Assembly: GCA_973895155.1 (NCBI GenBank)
Contig: OZ316891.1
Location: 28,401,145 to 28,465,144 of the forward strand
Direction of reading: 5' to 3'
Origin: Marsupella aquatica
Lineage: Eukaryota; Plantae; Marchantiophyta
Length of the DNA stretch: 64,000 nucleotides
This document shows positions 1 through 11,439 of the stretch, piece after piece. Made by a program: the position numbers and the translations under genes. The stretch's first letter is position 1. Each line of letters begins with the position of its first letter. The notes below the pieces were generated by a model. The model was not told where the DNA came from. It worked only from the letters and a program-made list of their open reading frames with translations, and did no database searches.

Positions 1-547
1 TCCTCGGAACGCCAGTACATAAAGCGAGAGCAGGTTCCTGCTCTGACGGAAGTAGCGACAACAACAACGACCATCAACGCATGAGTTCAAGACCTTGGTG
101 CTGTGAACGGAAGGAAGCAAAGACTCCAGACTCAAAGACGTCGTATAAGAGAAGTGAGCCAGGGAGCTGCACAGGCGGTGAGACACGACTGATGACAATT
201 CGTTGGAAACTACAGTGCCACCATTGATTTTCCTGAGTTGTGGGTGTTCACTGCGAGCCCAAGATCAATTTGACAGATGCGGTTGTACAGAGCAAGTGCA
301 GTGTCCAAGATCAACTGACAGGGAACAACAACAATTCCTCGACAGCAGTAGAGTAGAGTGATGAACTTCACTTGAGAACAGAGAACAGAGTGTTACAGTG
401 GTGATCGGAGGGGAGAGTACAGTTGGGGGCTCATTACGGTTGGATAGGGACAAAGACGAGTCCCAACTTGGTACCGTCATTTGGGGGACCCACTTTAGGG
501 TTTAAACCGCCCCTCTCCTAGAGCAAGGGTTAATGACCTTGTGAACA
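1..547. mobile_element. Possible 3' part of a retrotransposon LTR running off the window start
   Basis: Non-coding, LTR-like composition; ends in ...CTTGTGAACA (547) just before an unrelated repeat. No partner LTR, PBS or TSD is visible. Confidence 0.25.
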
Positions 548-559
548 TCGATTTTTTTA

Positions 560-710
560 GTGGCCAAATTTCGCCAAATTCCACCTCGCCATATTCCACC
601 TCCCCAAAACGCTTTCACCATTTTTTGGCAAAAATTTGCCAATTTCCACCTGGCCATATTCCACCTCCCCAAAAAGCTTTCACCATTTTTGACCAAAATT
701 TGCGAGTATG
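560..710. repeat. Short tandem sub-repeats (GCCA(A/T)ATTCCACCT...CCCCAAAA.GCTTTCACCATTTTT); related sequence occurs inverted at ~21745-21815
   Basis: Two ~66-bp units seen directly. The reverse complement of 21745-21815 reads GCCAAATTCTACCTCCCCAAATGTGTTCACCACTTTT. Confidence 0.6.
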
Positions 711-919
711 TTTTTGTCTCATTAGCCACGATTACACATAATCACAGTGCCATTAGCCAGAATGTAACGATCATCGTTAGATCTAGGGAGATCTGACAGT
801 CAGGAAAATAATTAGATAAAGAATATTTTGAGCATCTTCTCCTTCACACACTGGACATTGGCCACTCTGGAAAAAATAAAAACCTTAAAAAATACACTGC
901 TTGGGAACCAAAATTTTAA

Positions 920-1600
920 CCCATCATTTAGCCCATCATTTGGAGGCCTAGAAAGTAGAAAAGTTCCCTCAAAAAAATATATCTTAGGGGTTTAAGTCCA
1001 TCATTTGGAGACCTAGAAAGTAGAAAAACTACATCTCCTGCTGTTTATGGGTCAATGAACTCCAAAGTTTGAGGCCAAGAAATTAGAAATGCCCAAACAT
1101 ATCTGAGCATCTTTAGCAGTTCAGGGTCAATAGGGCATGTCAAAGCACAGCTGTACCTGAGTGACGGCTCAGGACATAACACACTTACGGCCAGGACAGA
1201 TTCGTATATTGGTTACCAAAATATGTACCCCATAAGGGTGGTGGTCCAAAAAAATAAAGCCGTAACCGAAGTGTTACGGGAGAACTTTGACACACCCTAA
1301 TGAACTCTGATCCCAAAATTTAGCCCATCATTTGGAGGCCTAGAAATTAAAAAAAAACCTCCATATTGAATCATGTCACCCAAAGCATCTGTTGCAGTGG
1401 TTTAAGGGTCGGGTTAAGGGTCAATGAACTTATCTAAACCCAAAATCTAGCCCATCATTTGGAGGCCTAGAAATAGGAAAGGCTCCATATTGATTTAAGT
1501 CACCTATAGATCTCCAGTACTTAAGGGTGATGAACTTCAAACCCATAATTTAGGCCCATCATTTGGAGACCTGGAAATTAGAAAGGCCTCCATATTGAAA
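920..1600 (+). repeat. Dispersed degenerate repeat with core CCCATCATTTGGAG(G/A)CCTAGAAA
   Basis: Core seen at ~932, 998, 1324, 1451 and 1555 with irregular spacing. Confidence 0.7.
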
Positions 1601-4600
1601 ATTTAGTCATCAATGGTTCCCCCCTTGTTTGACCTCTATCCTTCCCAAAATGATGTGTTGTTATACGCGGATCCAAATTAAATGTCAAGTGTATTGAGTA
1701 TCTTGTGACATGTGGTAGAATCTTTGAGGTAGATGGGAGTAGAGGCCAGTCTCCTGCTGGTTGCAATTTGTACCAAATATGGCAATTGCGATTGTGAAAA
1801 TGGACACTGGCTGCCATTTATCTAGCAACAGGGTCCACCGCTGGGAAGCCATTCCTCCAAAACCAGCCCTATACTCTCTTTTTAGAGCTTTCATGCTCAT
1901 TTGACTGTATCATTGGAGATGCTCTAGCTAGATAGTGGGAGTACAAAATAGTTCATAGCCTTTTTTACTTTGATGACAATATTTTTCACTCTTGATGGTC
2001 ATGTGTCTCCCTCAAAATACTCAATTTTTACTATTTTAAAAAATTGTATTACTAATTATGGTAACTTGAATCCACCACATCTTGCTTTGAACAGTTAGTG
2101 GTGGTTCAAGGGTTGCGTCTTTCTTTTTCTTTCAAGGCAAAGATTGTCAAGACTGGGGCAAGTGTCATGTGATATACCGTTTGTTTAATATTTTCATAGT
2201 AATTTGACTAAGGTTTTATTTGTTCCCTGTCCAAGAGTTCTTGTTCTAAATTAACATTCAAGAATGCCTCCATACACCTGCTACAGCCAACCCAAATGAT
2301 TCCCTTCACCCGTCGGGTATTCCCTCCACACAATCATCCCCTCCCCTCCCCATATTTACTCCCTAACTTCTCCCTATACACTTCCCCTTTCCCAAACAGA
2401 ATGTACGCAACCCTGTTGATTTTTGCCGCATAATGTACAAATTAAATGATTTTTGCCTCATAATGTACAAATCTCCAAGTGTATGTACATAGGGAAACAA
2501 AGGGTGCTGAAGTTATTGTGTCACATGTGGTGTGATCAGGCATAATGTATGGATGTGAGATAAGGGGTTACAAGCAGTGGTGGACCTTGCCACCCAGCGC
2601 CCACACCAATCCAAGCACCCATGCCTAAGTGTCCCTGGTGCCCAAACTCCTTCACGGAATACCTTGAGCAAACGACTTGGTGTCCCTTGCACTGCCTGCG
2701 ACCCCTCCCATACAAAGCCGTGCTTTCCCCTAAACTCGACCGCTACTCAACGGCCCTCACTGTCTACACAAGCAACCAAACATCTCGGTAACCCTTCAAG
2801 ATCTAGATCTCCCAAGTCTAGCAACCTAACTCAAGCTCAATAGACATTGGTAAGTAGGTCAGCGATAGGTCCTCCCGATGCCATAAGCCAGAACCAGAAC
2901 CGACACCCACTGTTTGTCCAGAACAACTTCTTCCTCGGGTGCAACCCGGGTTCCCCCTTGTACTATCCATCACCAACTAACCGCCCTGCCCCAGGACATG
3001 TTCATGGCCCAAATGACATAGCTTGTCCCATGCCAACACGTTGGGACCAGAATGATCTTGACTCTAACAACCAACTCCCGGTTCTCGCCCTAGTGATGGT
3101 CTAGGGGCCAAGTGCCCTTGGAACTTAACCCTCCACACCTACTTGGCATTGCCTCTCCAACGCAAGCTCCCTTGAGAGACTGAACGCGGCTTGGTTGCTA
3201 TTTCGACAGGATTTGGCAAGTGGACGAGATATCCCCCGCAAACCCCAAGAACCTATGGCACCCCTAGACCCAGCTGAGCTTAGGAGGACGTAGTTACCCT
3301 CCTCGAGAGCTTTCTAACGCACCCAAGAAGTTATCGCCGTTTTTGTTTGGTGCTTTCCCTTAGTGTCACGACTGCCGCGACTCACGACTTCGACTCGCCC
3401 TTAGCCCCCAGGGAGACACCACTCCCCTCATATATTTTTCTAGAGACCTGTCACCCCCGAACAAACTTTTGGTCCCCCACTTGGACCCCAACCCGCATGT
3501 CTAGGCGCGCCACCAACTAACAATGTCCATAACTTTCTAGTTAGGCATCCGGAAGCGGAGTGCCTTAGCTCGTTGTGATTGGGCCGACCCAGTGCTCATG
3601 CCTAGGCCTCAGATCTCCTTGTTGCCTGGGCCCCCGATCGGCCAAACTTGGATCGAGCCATAACTCGTGTCCCAAGCGTCCGTTGCCTATGGAGTAAACT
3701 CCATTGCCCTTGGGCCCAAGAGGAGCTCTCACTCAAGCCCTCAGGACTCAAAGTCCGTCTGGGGGTCCGGATAGTCGACCTTGAGCCCGGCCCTTTCCCT
3801 ATGACCTGACCAGCCCTTGACTAGTCTAAGTCCTTAATGTGTGCCACTAGCTCAACGCCTTGCCTTTGCTAGTGCCATGCCCCATTGCCTGCAAGTCTCC
3901 CCATGCTAAGTCCTCCCCGGATGGCCTTTCCGGGCTTGAACGATAGGGGAGCTCAGTGTTGGAGTCAACGACGGCGGAGCTAAACTGTGTAAGGTAGTCC
4001 AGTTCCGCGACTTAAGTGTTAAGGTAGTCGAGTTCTGCAACTCAAGCTTAGGTTGACTACATAACATTTGAAAATAGACATGTGGCGTAATATTTGGATG
4101 CAAAGGTTATTTCATAGGATCATGCGCAACAAACATGAACGTCAAAATTGACATAAGAGGGTACCTTTCCACCGCTTTGCTGGATGTAAATATTGTTGGA
4201 AAAATTAAAGTTTAATTTCATGTAAAAAACAGGCCAGCTAAATCTTTATGCCAAGCATCTCCATCTGCAATATAGGAGTGATGTACATTGTTTGATCACA
4301 TCCTCGATCACATCTTCTAGCTCACTGATCCATTTGGCTTAGTTTAAATTTGTCCCAGGTAGTAGTGCTAGGGAAAGAAGCTCCATCTTTTCTTTTCTTT
4401 TTGGTCTTGAATGGGAGTGAGGAAGAACACTTAGTAGACTCTCCCCACCCCAGTCATGACATACATTTTTTGTAGGGAACCTATTTCAAGGTGAGCCCCC
4501 AAACTCCATCTTTTTTTTTTTTTTTTGTCTTGAAAGGAAGCTAGTGAGGAAGAACACTTAGTAGCTAGACTCTCCCCACCCCAGTACGTAGTGACACATT

Positions 4601-7528
4601 TTTTGTGCGCAACCCATTTCAGGGTGAGCCCCCATGAATCTGACAAGGACCCACACAAGGACAGAGTGAGGATTAATTCGGGGTCCCAAAGTGGACAACC
4701 AGGGGTGAGGAGATAATCAGAACTCCTATCCACTACACACAAAACCCATCACACCAACACATGTATGCCCTCCGAGATACCCTCCATAACCTTGTGTGTA
4801 AGGGGGGGATTGAAACTGGGACCTCTCAGTTCCAGGTCAATCCCCTAGCCAGGTGGTTAAGCTCCATCTTTCTCCATGGAACAATGTTAAGGCTACTCTG
4901 CAATGAGCATGGAGTCAATAAGCTGCACAGCTAAACAGAGATGGAATCTATGTTCCTCGGCTGTGTAATTGCTAAGCAGGACACAGCTGAGGACTTTGAG
5001 CACTGGCGGCCTATTCTAGAGAGCAAAGGTCACATTTCAGTAAAAAGTGTAAAAAGTGCGAGTTGAGGTTGTTGCCATACTATGAGAATGGTCATGCAAG
5101 TTTTGGTAGTCCATCCAGGCTTGATAGACAATGTCTTGGTCCATATATCCAGGCATGAGACATTGATAGACAATGTCTCAGTCCATCCTAGCTTACCTTC
5201 AGTTTGCTCCTATCACCCCAGCTATCACCTCTGAATTAAAAAACATCTTGAAAAAGTAGAGTGCAATGAACTCTCTCTAAGTGCACACTCTTGGGAAGAT
5301 GATGTATTGGTAAAAAAAAGAAGGCAAATTCGGTGTATAAGAACAATGAACTCTCTCTAACTGCACACTCTTGGGAAAGAGGATTGGTGCAAAAAAAGTG
5401 CAAATTCGGTGTAAAACAACAGAAAAGAATAGGATAAGTGCAAAACAAGCGCAAACTCCGGTTAAAATAATAGGGAAGAGCTCACTTTCGTTGCTGTTTG
5501 CCTCGACTTCATGTTTGTGTTAGCTCAGTGAGATTCGTCTCTAACCCACACAGCAATCCAGCTAGCTGCCTGGGGCTATTCAGACGTGCTGCTCAGTGAG
5601 CAATCTTGGTGTCAGTCACATGATATAGTATGTCTTGGGTATATGAGCTTGGTTGCTTTTAAAAGCAGAAGTTTTGAATAAATCTGTTCTCTGGACATAA
5701 ATTGGTTGGGAAGTCACCACTCTAGTGGTTGTGGATGACTTGACTACAGGAAATTTCAATAGCAAAATGGCACTCAGGAATTGGGATGTGAAAGCCATAA
5801 GATTTTTCCGGTTGCACGGTGGGGGATGTTTAAAACACTTCGCAATTGTAACCCACGTAAGACACGCCATTTGAAGGATTCTTCATTTTGAAGGTGGGGT
5901 TCATTTCTGAAGTGGGGCGCGCTACTATAGGGCGGGAATTGTGCGACGTTTCTCCTGTGATCTGTAGATATGTCGCTCACGTCAGCTGCAAGTTCGGGAT
6001 CCGTCCATTGCGCTGCAGCAGCACCTCCCAGCCTCTCGTCTCGCTCCTCCATTGCCGACAGAAATGCGCTCTCCCGGTCGTCGCTTTCATCATCGACTTC
6101 TCGAGACCGCGGACGCATTACCTGGTACGTAAGTAGGAAGAGAGGAATTCAACGTGTATAAGCGTGTCTCATCGTCATCTCTTACCGTGCTGGAAAAAAA
6201 TCTTGGCTAGTGAGTTACGGAAATGGTGTCACTCTCACTCTCTCTGTGCATTGAATCATTCCATCCTAAAGTGCTTAAAACTGTTTAGGCACAGCTAGGA
6301 GAACATGCAGTTTTGGAGGGTACTCAGGCGGGTTTTTATTCGTATGGTGATAAGTATTGCAGTCAACTTTCTCAAACCTGGTTCCCATAATCAGTCCTTC
6401 CTTGTCTCGTCCCATAATTAGTTTTTCTGTGCAAGATCAGCTATTGGCCCCTCGGATTGGCCCAGGTTTCCATGCTGCCTATTTGAAGTTTATGGTTCAC
6501 GTATACAGTAATTGTGGGGAGCGAACCATGAATTGGAAAGATTAGTCCTTCGTTGTCTCGTCCAGGGGAAGCAATCTCAGCAGTAAGTTGCCGCTTGTTT
6601 CAGTACGTTGCTTGAAGCAAGAAAATTAAAATGCGCGAGGTTTCGGATTGTCCACAGCTTCGTGATGACTTAATGACAATGCTCATTGCTGGCCACGAGA
6701 CAACTGCTGCTGTGCTTACATGAGCAACTTATATGCTGGCGATCCTTTTCAGCTTTGATGCATTTTATCTGGTCCTCCATGATCCGCTGAGTCGAGATAA
6801 GCTTTTAACAACTTCCCTGTATCCAGAATCAAGAGACGAGAGAGATTTGCTTGGTGGGACCTCCATGGAAAAGTGCCGACTAGACCAGACCCAGAAAGTC
6901 GAAAATTGCCCGGTGGGACCCCAAAAGGAGGTCTGAACGGGTTTCGCGTGTAAAACCCGGGCTGCACAGATTTCTGACAGCTTACGTGGACGGACCCGGT
7001 AAAATTGACGATGGGACACCCCTTCAGCCTTCCAGGTCCGTAGGGAGGGCAGTCTGGCCCAGGACTTCCCATCCAGAAAGTCGGGCCCCATTGGATCCAA
7101 AATGTTAACGTTGCATTGAGAGTTGCAAGACCTTGCTCTACATTGAACCTACGATGCATGCAGACGAAGCTCTGCATTGAACCTGGGAGGGGAGGATCGA
7201 GAGCTGCAAGACGAAGCTGTGTGCTCCAAGGGGACGATCGAGGAGTGGTAAAATCTGCCAGGAGAAGATCACCCAACATTGTCAAGTTTTCAGTAATTTC
7301 ACCGAAGATATCAAGACGGGGCTGTGGATGCGGTGATGGCAGCTGAATGCACAGAAGCAAAGTGACAGAACGCCGAAGCATATTGCAGGGAGAGGAGTTG
7401 GTGGTGGAAGCTGCGCTGTGGGGAGAGCGTTGTCACTGCTGTTTGTTGCGCTGCGGGTTTAGGGTACGTGACATTATGCTGCCCCAATCATGCTAGGGAG
7501 AAGGGACTCAAAGGCAAACACCAGGCCC

Positions 7529-7535
7529 TATATAA
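7529..7535 (+). promoter_or_regulatory. TATA box of the MULE transposase gene
   Basis: TATATAA about 120 bp upstream of the ATG at 7653. Confidence 0.5.
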
Positions 7536-7652
7536 CGCAATGAGTCCATTTTGAGGTGCTTAGTAGCTGCGCGGTGGGGAGAGAAGCATTACCAGAACCA
7601 TCCTGTACTGAAATTTTTCATTGCACACTCACATTGTCAACAAAAAAACACG

Positions 7653-10626
7653 ATGGAGGCAGAAGTTCTTGAAGAAAACCTAGCGCCCGATTGGATGAGA
7701 GGGGATGCTTACCCTATATATATTCCAGATGAGGAGAGACTTCCGTTGCCTCCAAGCAATGAGTTGCAGGGCCGTTTTGCAGCTTGGAATTCTGAGATTG
7801 AACAAGTCCATCCACTATTGAAAGGAAAGTCTGTACATGAGGTGGAAGAGGAGGCTAGTCGTATGAGGCTTGGAGAATCATTCTGTAGTTTTAATGAATT
7901 CGACCGGTGCTTGGATTCATGGAGTGTGCTGCATGGGAGAGTGAGCCATAGGTTCAAGACAAAATACAAGTTCAGAGTTAGAGTTTGTCGATTTGGAGCT
8001 GCCATTAGACCTCGTTGGAGAGGAAACAACTCAAATTCTGGTCCGGATTCTTTGTTTGGAACTGCAGGTCTCCATGAAATCCTGCATGAAACTGAATTCA
8101 ATAATTCAATAGGATCCCAGAATTCAGGCCCAGATTCTGAGATCAAAACTGTAGGTCTCCATGAAGCGGATTTCATTCATTTAGCAGGATCCCAGAATGC
8201 AAGTCCAGATTCGCAGATTGAAATTGCAGGTCTCCATGAAGTTGATTTCATTAATTTGACAGGATCCCTGGAAGATTGTGGTGACAAAGAAAATACAGGG
8301 GAACTGCCACATAGTCCATTGCTCATCAATTCCAGAGCACCATTATAAGAAATTCACGCCAATACAATGCACCAGTCCATGGGAACTCATAATAGCCGGA
8401 GGGAATTCGTGGCACATACTAGGGAGTGGATCCCAGCTAGTTTTCCACAGCGCCTAGCAGGAAGGGACAAGGTTCGAAGGCAATCAAAGACTGGAGCATG
8501 TGGACAGCAATGTAGGTTCTTGCCACCACAGGATAGTGATAACACTGAACTCATGCAGCCCTGCCCATTTCGAGTTAGGTGTCAACGTGAGAAGGATGGA
8601 AAGTTTACAATCACAGTATGTGATTTGCAGCATACTTGTCCAGGATACAAGCATAAGTGGCGAGGCCCTGTCCAAAAATCTGCATGGTTGGGTGAGACGC
8701 TGGCACCTCGAGTAGTGCTAAATGTCCAAGTGCCAGTGAAGGAGATGTTAAATGGACTGAGAATGGACTACAAAAAGAGTTGCAATTACCATCAAATGTG
8801 GAGGGCTCGAGACCTTGTGCGAGACTGGTATCTGGGTGGCCAGCGTCAAAGTTTCCTCCTAATTCCTTCATTGCTGGATAGAATGAAGGATGTTGATCCA
8901 AATTGTGTAGTTGATTGGTCTAGTGTGGAAGGCGGTCGAGTTTTTAATCGAGCATTCATATGCCCTTCTGCGACCCGCACAGCTTTGCAGTACAGTCAAC
9001 CTGTGGTCTGCATTGATGCGTGCCACACCAAGAATCGAAAGTATCCGATTCAACTCTTTGTAGCTACTGCACTTGATGGGAACTCCCAAGTAAACATTCT
9101 TTGTTATGCCATTGCCCCAGTCGAGAATACTGACAACTGGACATGGTTTTTGTCATTGCTAGAGCAGTCAATTCATGGAATAGCAGACCCTACTATTCCA
9201 GTCATTTCCGATAGACAGAAGGGCCTACAAGCAGCTGTTAAAAATGTGTTCCCAACAAAGGTTCACGGCCATTGTGCCAACCATTTGAGAGCCAACTTGA
9301 GGAAACGTCATGGCAAGGGAGCAGAACGAATCTTTCTGGCTTGTGTGTATGCTAACACCAAGAGACGGTAAGGCTAGTGCATGCTTTGTACAATCCAATT
9401 TTATACTTTCAATTTGAAGAACTTACAGAGATTGGCTAAGCTTATACATTGGCACTGACATGGATTGCAGGTTTGAATTGTTGCTGAACCACTTGTCAAC
9501 ATCGGTTACAGACGGAGCTAATGCAGTAAAGTACATCAGAGACATGGACGAGAACTTGTATGCCAGGCATGCATTCCCCTTGCCCCGTCTTGGGAAGGTT
9601 ACCAGCAACCCTGTGGAGCAAGCCAACTCAGGTTTGCTTCCCATTAGGGAGTTTGCACCTTTTAAAGTGCTAGTAGAGTTGTGGTATTATGTCCAAACTC
9701 ACTACAACAACAAGGAAGCAGCTGCAATTGCAAGACAAGAGACCTATAGCCAGCAAGCATTGAAGCGATACACAACCAACTTGCAATCCTTTGGACAATG
9801 GCAAGTGCTAGATGATGGACAGAGTCAAGCAAAAGTTCAGACCACAGACCAACGGGAGGAGTATCTGGTCACATTATCACCAAAGCTCTCTTGCAGTTGT
9901 GTGGAGTTACAAGAAATGCTCTGGCCATGTGAACATATAATGGCTTGGTATGACAGGGATGGTAAAGACTTCACTCAGCTTTTCCACCACTGCTGGAAGA
10001 TGTCTTCTTTGCGAAAGTTGTATGAGCCAAAGGTACCTTGTTTCCTGGTTTGTGATTTGGACCCATCAGAGCACTGTCTTCCTCCTATTCCAGCAGTGAA
10101 AAAAGGCAGGCATAGGGTGGTGCGAATTGAGAGAGGCAACAGACCATCCACAACAGAAGATCTTGCACAGGATGAGTATGTGGATGAAGAGGGGAATTTA
10201 TTCCGACAATTTCCAATTCAAGAAGACAGTCAGAGGATGGCACCCATGCAAACTGCACAAACTACAGCTAGGTCTCACCAAGTTCCCACAGTAAGGCAGA
10301 CACCAACTGGAACAACTAGGATGCCTCAAGTGAATCCTCATCAGTGCAAATGTTCTATTTGTGGTCAAGTGGGCCACAACAAGAGAACTTGTCATGTGAA
10401 CAGAGCAACAACAGGAACTCCACAAATACAAGTACCAGAAGACAATGGGGAAGCCTTGCATGACCATGCTCGACCGACTTCTCAGACAGTAAACCCATCA
10501 GGTCCATTTGCATATTCAGAAAGCTCAGACAATTCATGTGAGTCTGATAATGTGGATACGTTGAACTCAGATGAAGAACCAAGTCAAGTCAGTGACATGG
10601 ATCATTTCATTAGCATTGCAAAATGA
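7653..10626 (+). pseudogene. MuDRA-like transposase (MULE DDE domain, SWIM finger, CCHC knuckle) with one premature stop
   Basis: ORFs 7551-8348 and 8367-9371 share a frame, separated by TAA at 8346-8348 (RAPL*EIH, versus RAPLGDLH in the paralogue). GT-AG intron 9368-9470. Motifs: CIDACH...ISDRQKGL...HCANHL, TSNPVEQANS, CSCVELQEMLWPCEH, CSICGQVGHNKRTC. Confidence 0.92.
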
Positions 10627-10818
10627 GATAGCAAGAGAAGCTATAGGAGCATTTGACCCACAAGATCTGTAGGAGAACTCATATTGCTGCGTGAGTTGCT
10701 GCAGCAAGTTAATGATTGTAACTGCAACCAAATTTTGACATCAAAATGAAATGCTCCAAATTTATTCCAAAATTGGCAAATTCAAATCACATGAGAGTTG
10801 CATTTGTGTCCGATGCCT

Positions 10819-11439
10819 CTACATGTCACCATTTCCACAAAATATCTCACAGCAACACACACATCTATAAACATGATGGCCAACATCATCTAAACCCAAG
10901 AATTCTATGTTCTGTCTGTGAAGTGAGTATGGGATGTATCCAGTGGTAGCCACCTCCCTGTCCATCCAATTCTCTGCTTGTAAGATAGACGTAAAAGACT
11001 TGTGTTTGGCCCCACTATACCTAGTGACTTGTCTGCCAGCCTCCTCCCAAGTCTTGTATATTCCAGGAGTTCTCCCTATGGCCACTGCATACCATTTTTG
11101 CTTTGAGCTCACTCCCAGGTTACAATTATATGGTCTCTTGATTGAAGAACCTAAAAAAGCGCTAGGTTTACTGCAAGAAGTAGACACTGAATGGGGACTC
11201 GGATCTCTGTGGAGATTCCCTTTGCCAGCTTCATTGTCCATAGGCAGGGGTCCTTCCACAACAGTCCCTAGCGATTCATGACTTGTAGAATCGAGTACAA
11301 CAGGGAGTGGACGGATACGCTCCAACATGAGATGAACAAAACCAAAAATCGCACTAAGTACTCCTACAAGTGACCAGAGAAATGCACGAGCTGCAACCCA
11401 AAATTGGTTGCCCGAATCGTGCTCTGTTGCTTTAGCCAT
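10819..11439 (-). CDS. MULE accessory gene: N-terminal hydrophobic helix plus RNase H1 N-terminal hybrid-binding (Cauli_VI-like) domain
   Basis: KWYAVAIGRTPGIYKTWEEAGRQVTRYSGAKHKSFTSILQAENWM matches the RNase H1 HBD consensus (YAVxxGRxxGIYxTWxExxxQVxxxxGAxxKxFxxxxEAxxW). FWVAARAFLWSLVGVLSAIFGFVHLML is a TM-like segment. Convergent with the transposase; the true 3' end may be spliced. Confidence 0.85.
   Translation of the reverse strand: MAKATEHDSGNQFWVAARAFLWSLVGVLSAIFGFVHLMLERIRPLPVVLDSTSHESLGTVVEGPLPMDNEAGKGNLHRDPSPHSVSTSCSKPSAFLGSSIKRPYNCNLGVSSKQKWYAVAIGRTPGIYKTWEEAGRQVTRYSGAKHKSFTSILQAENWMDREVATTGYIPYSLHRQNIEFLGLDDVGHHVYRCVCCCEIFCGNGDM

Noticed and set aside
2480-4066. GC-rich LTR-like segment ending in ...ACATAACA
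   Set aside because: No convincing start, TSD, PBS or coding remnant, so boundaries and class are unsupported.
5774-6118. 114-aa ORF with gene-like composition
   Set aside because: Possibly an exon relic, but I recognise no family and cannot build a gene model.
6749-7381. 210-aa ORF and similar ORFs at 11774-12190
   Set aside because: They overlap the MULE TIRs, and their mutual similarity is explained by the inverted repeat. No protein motif.
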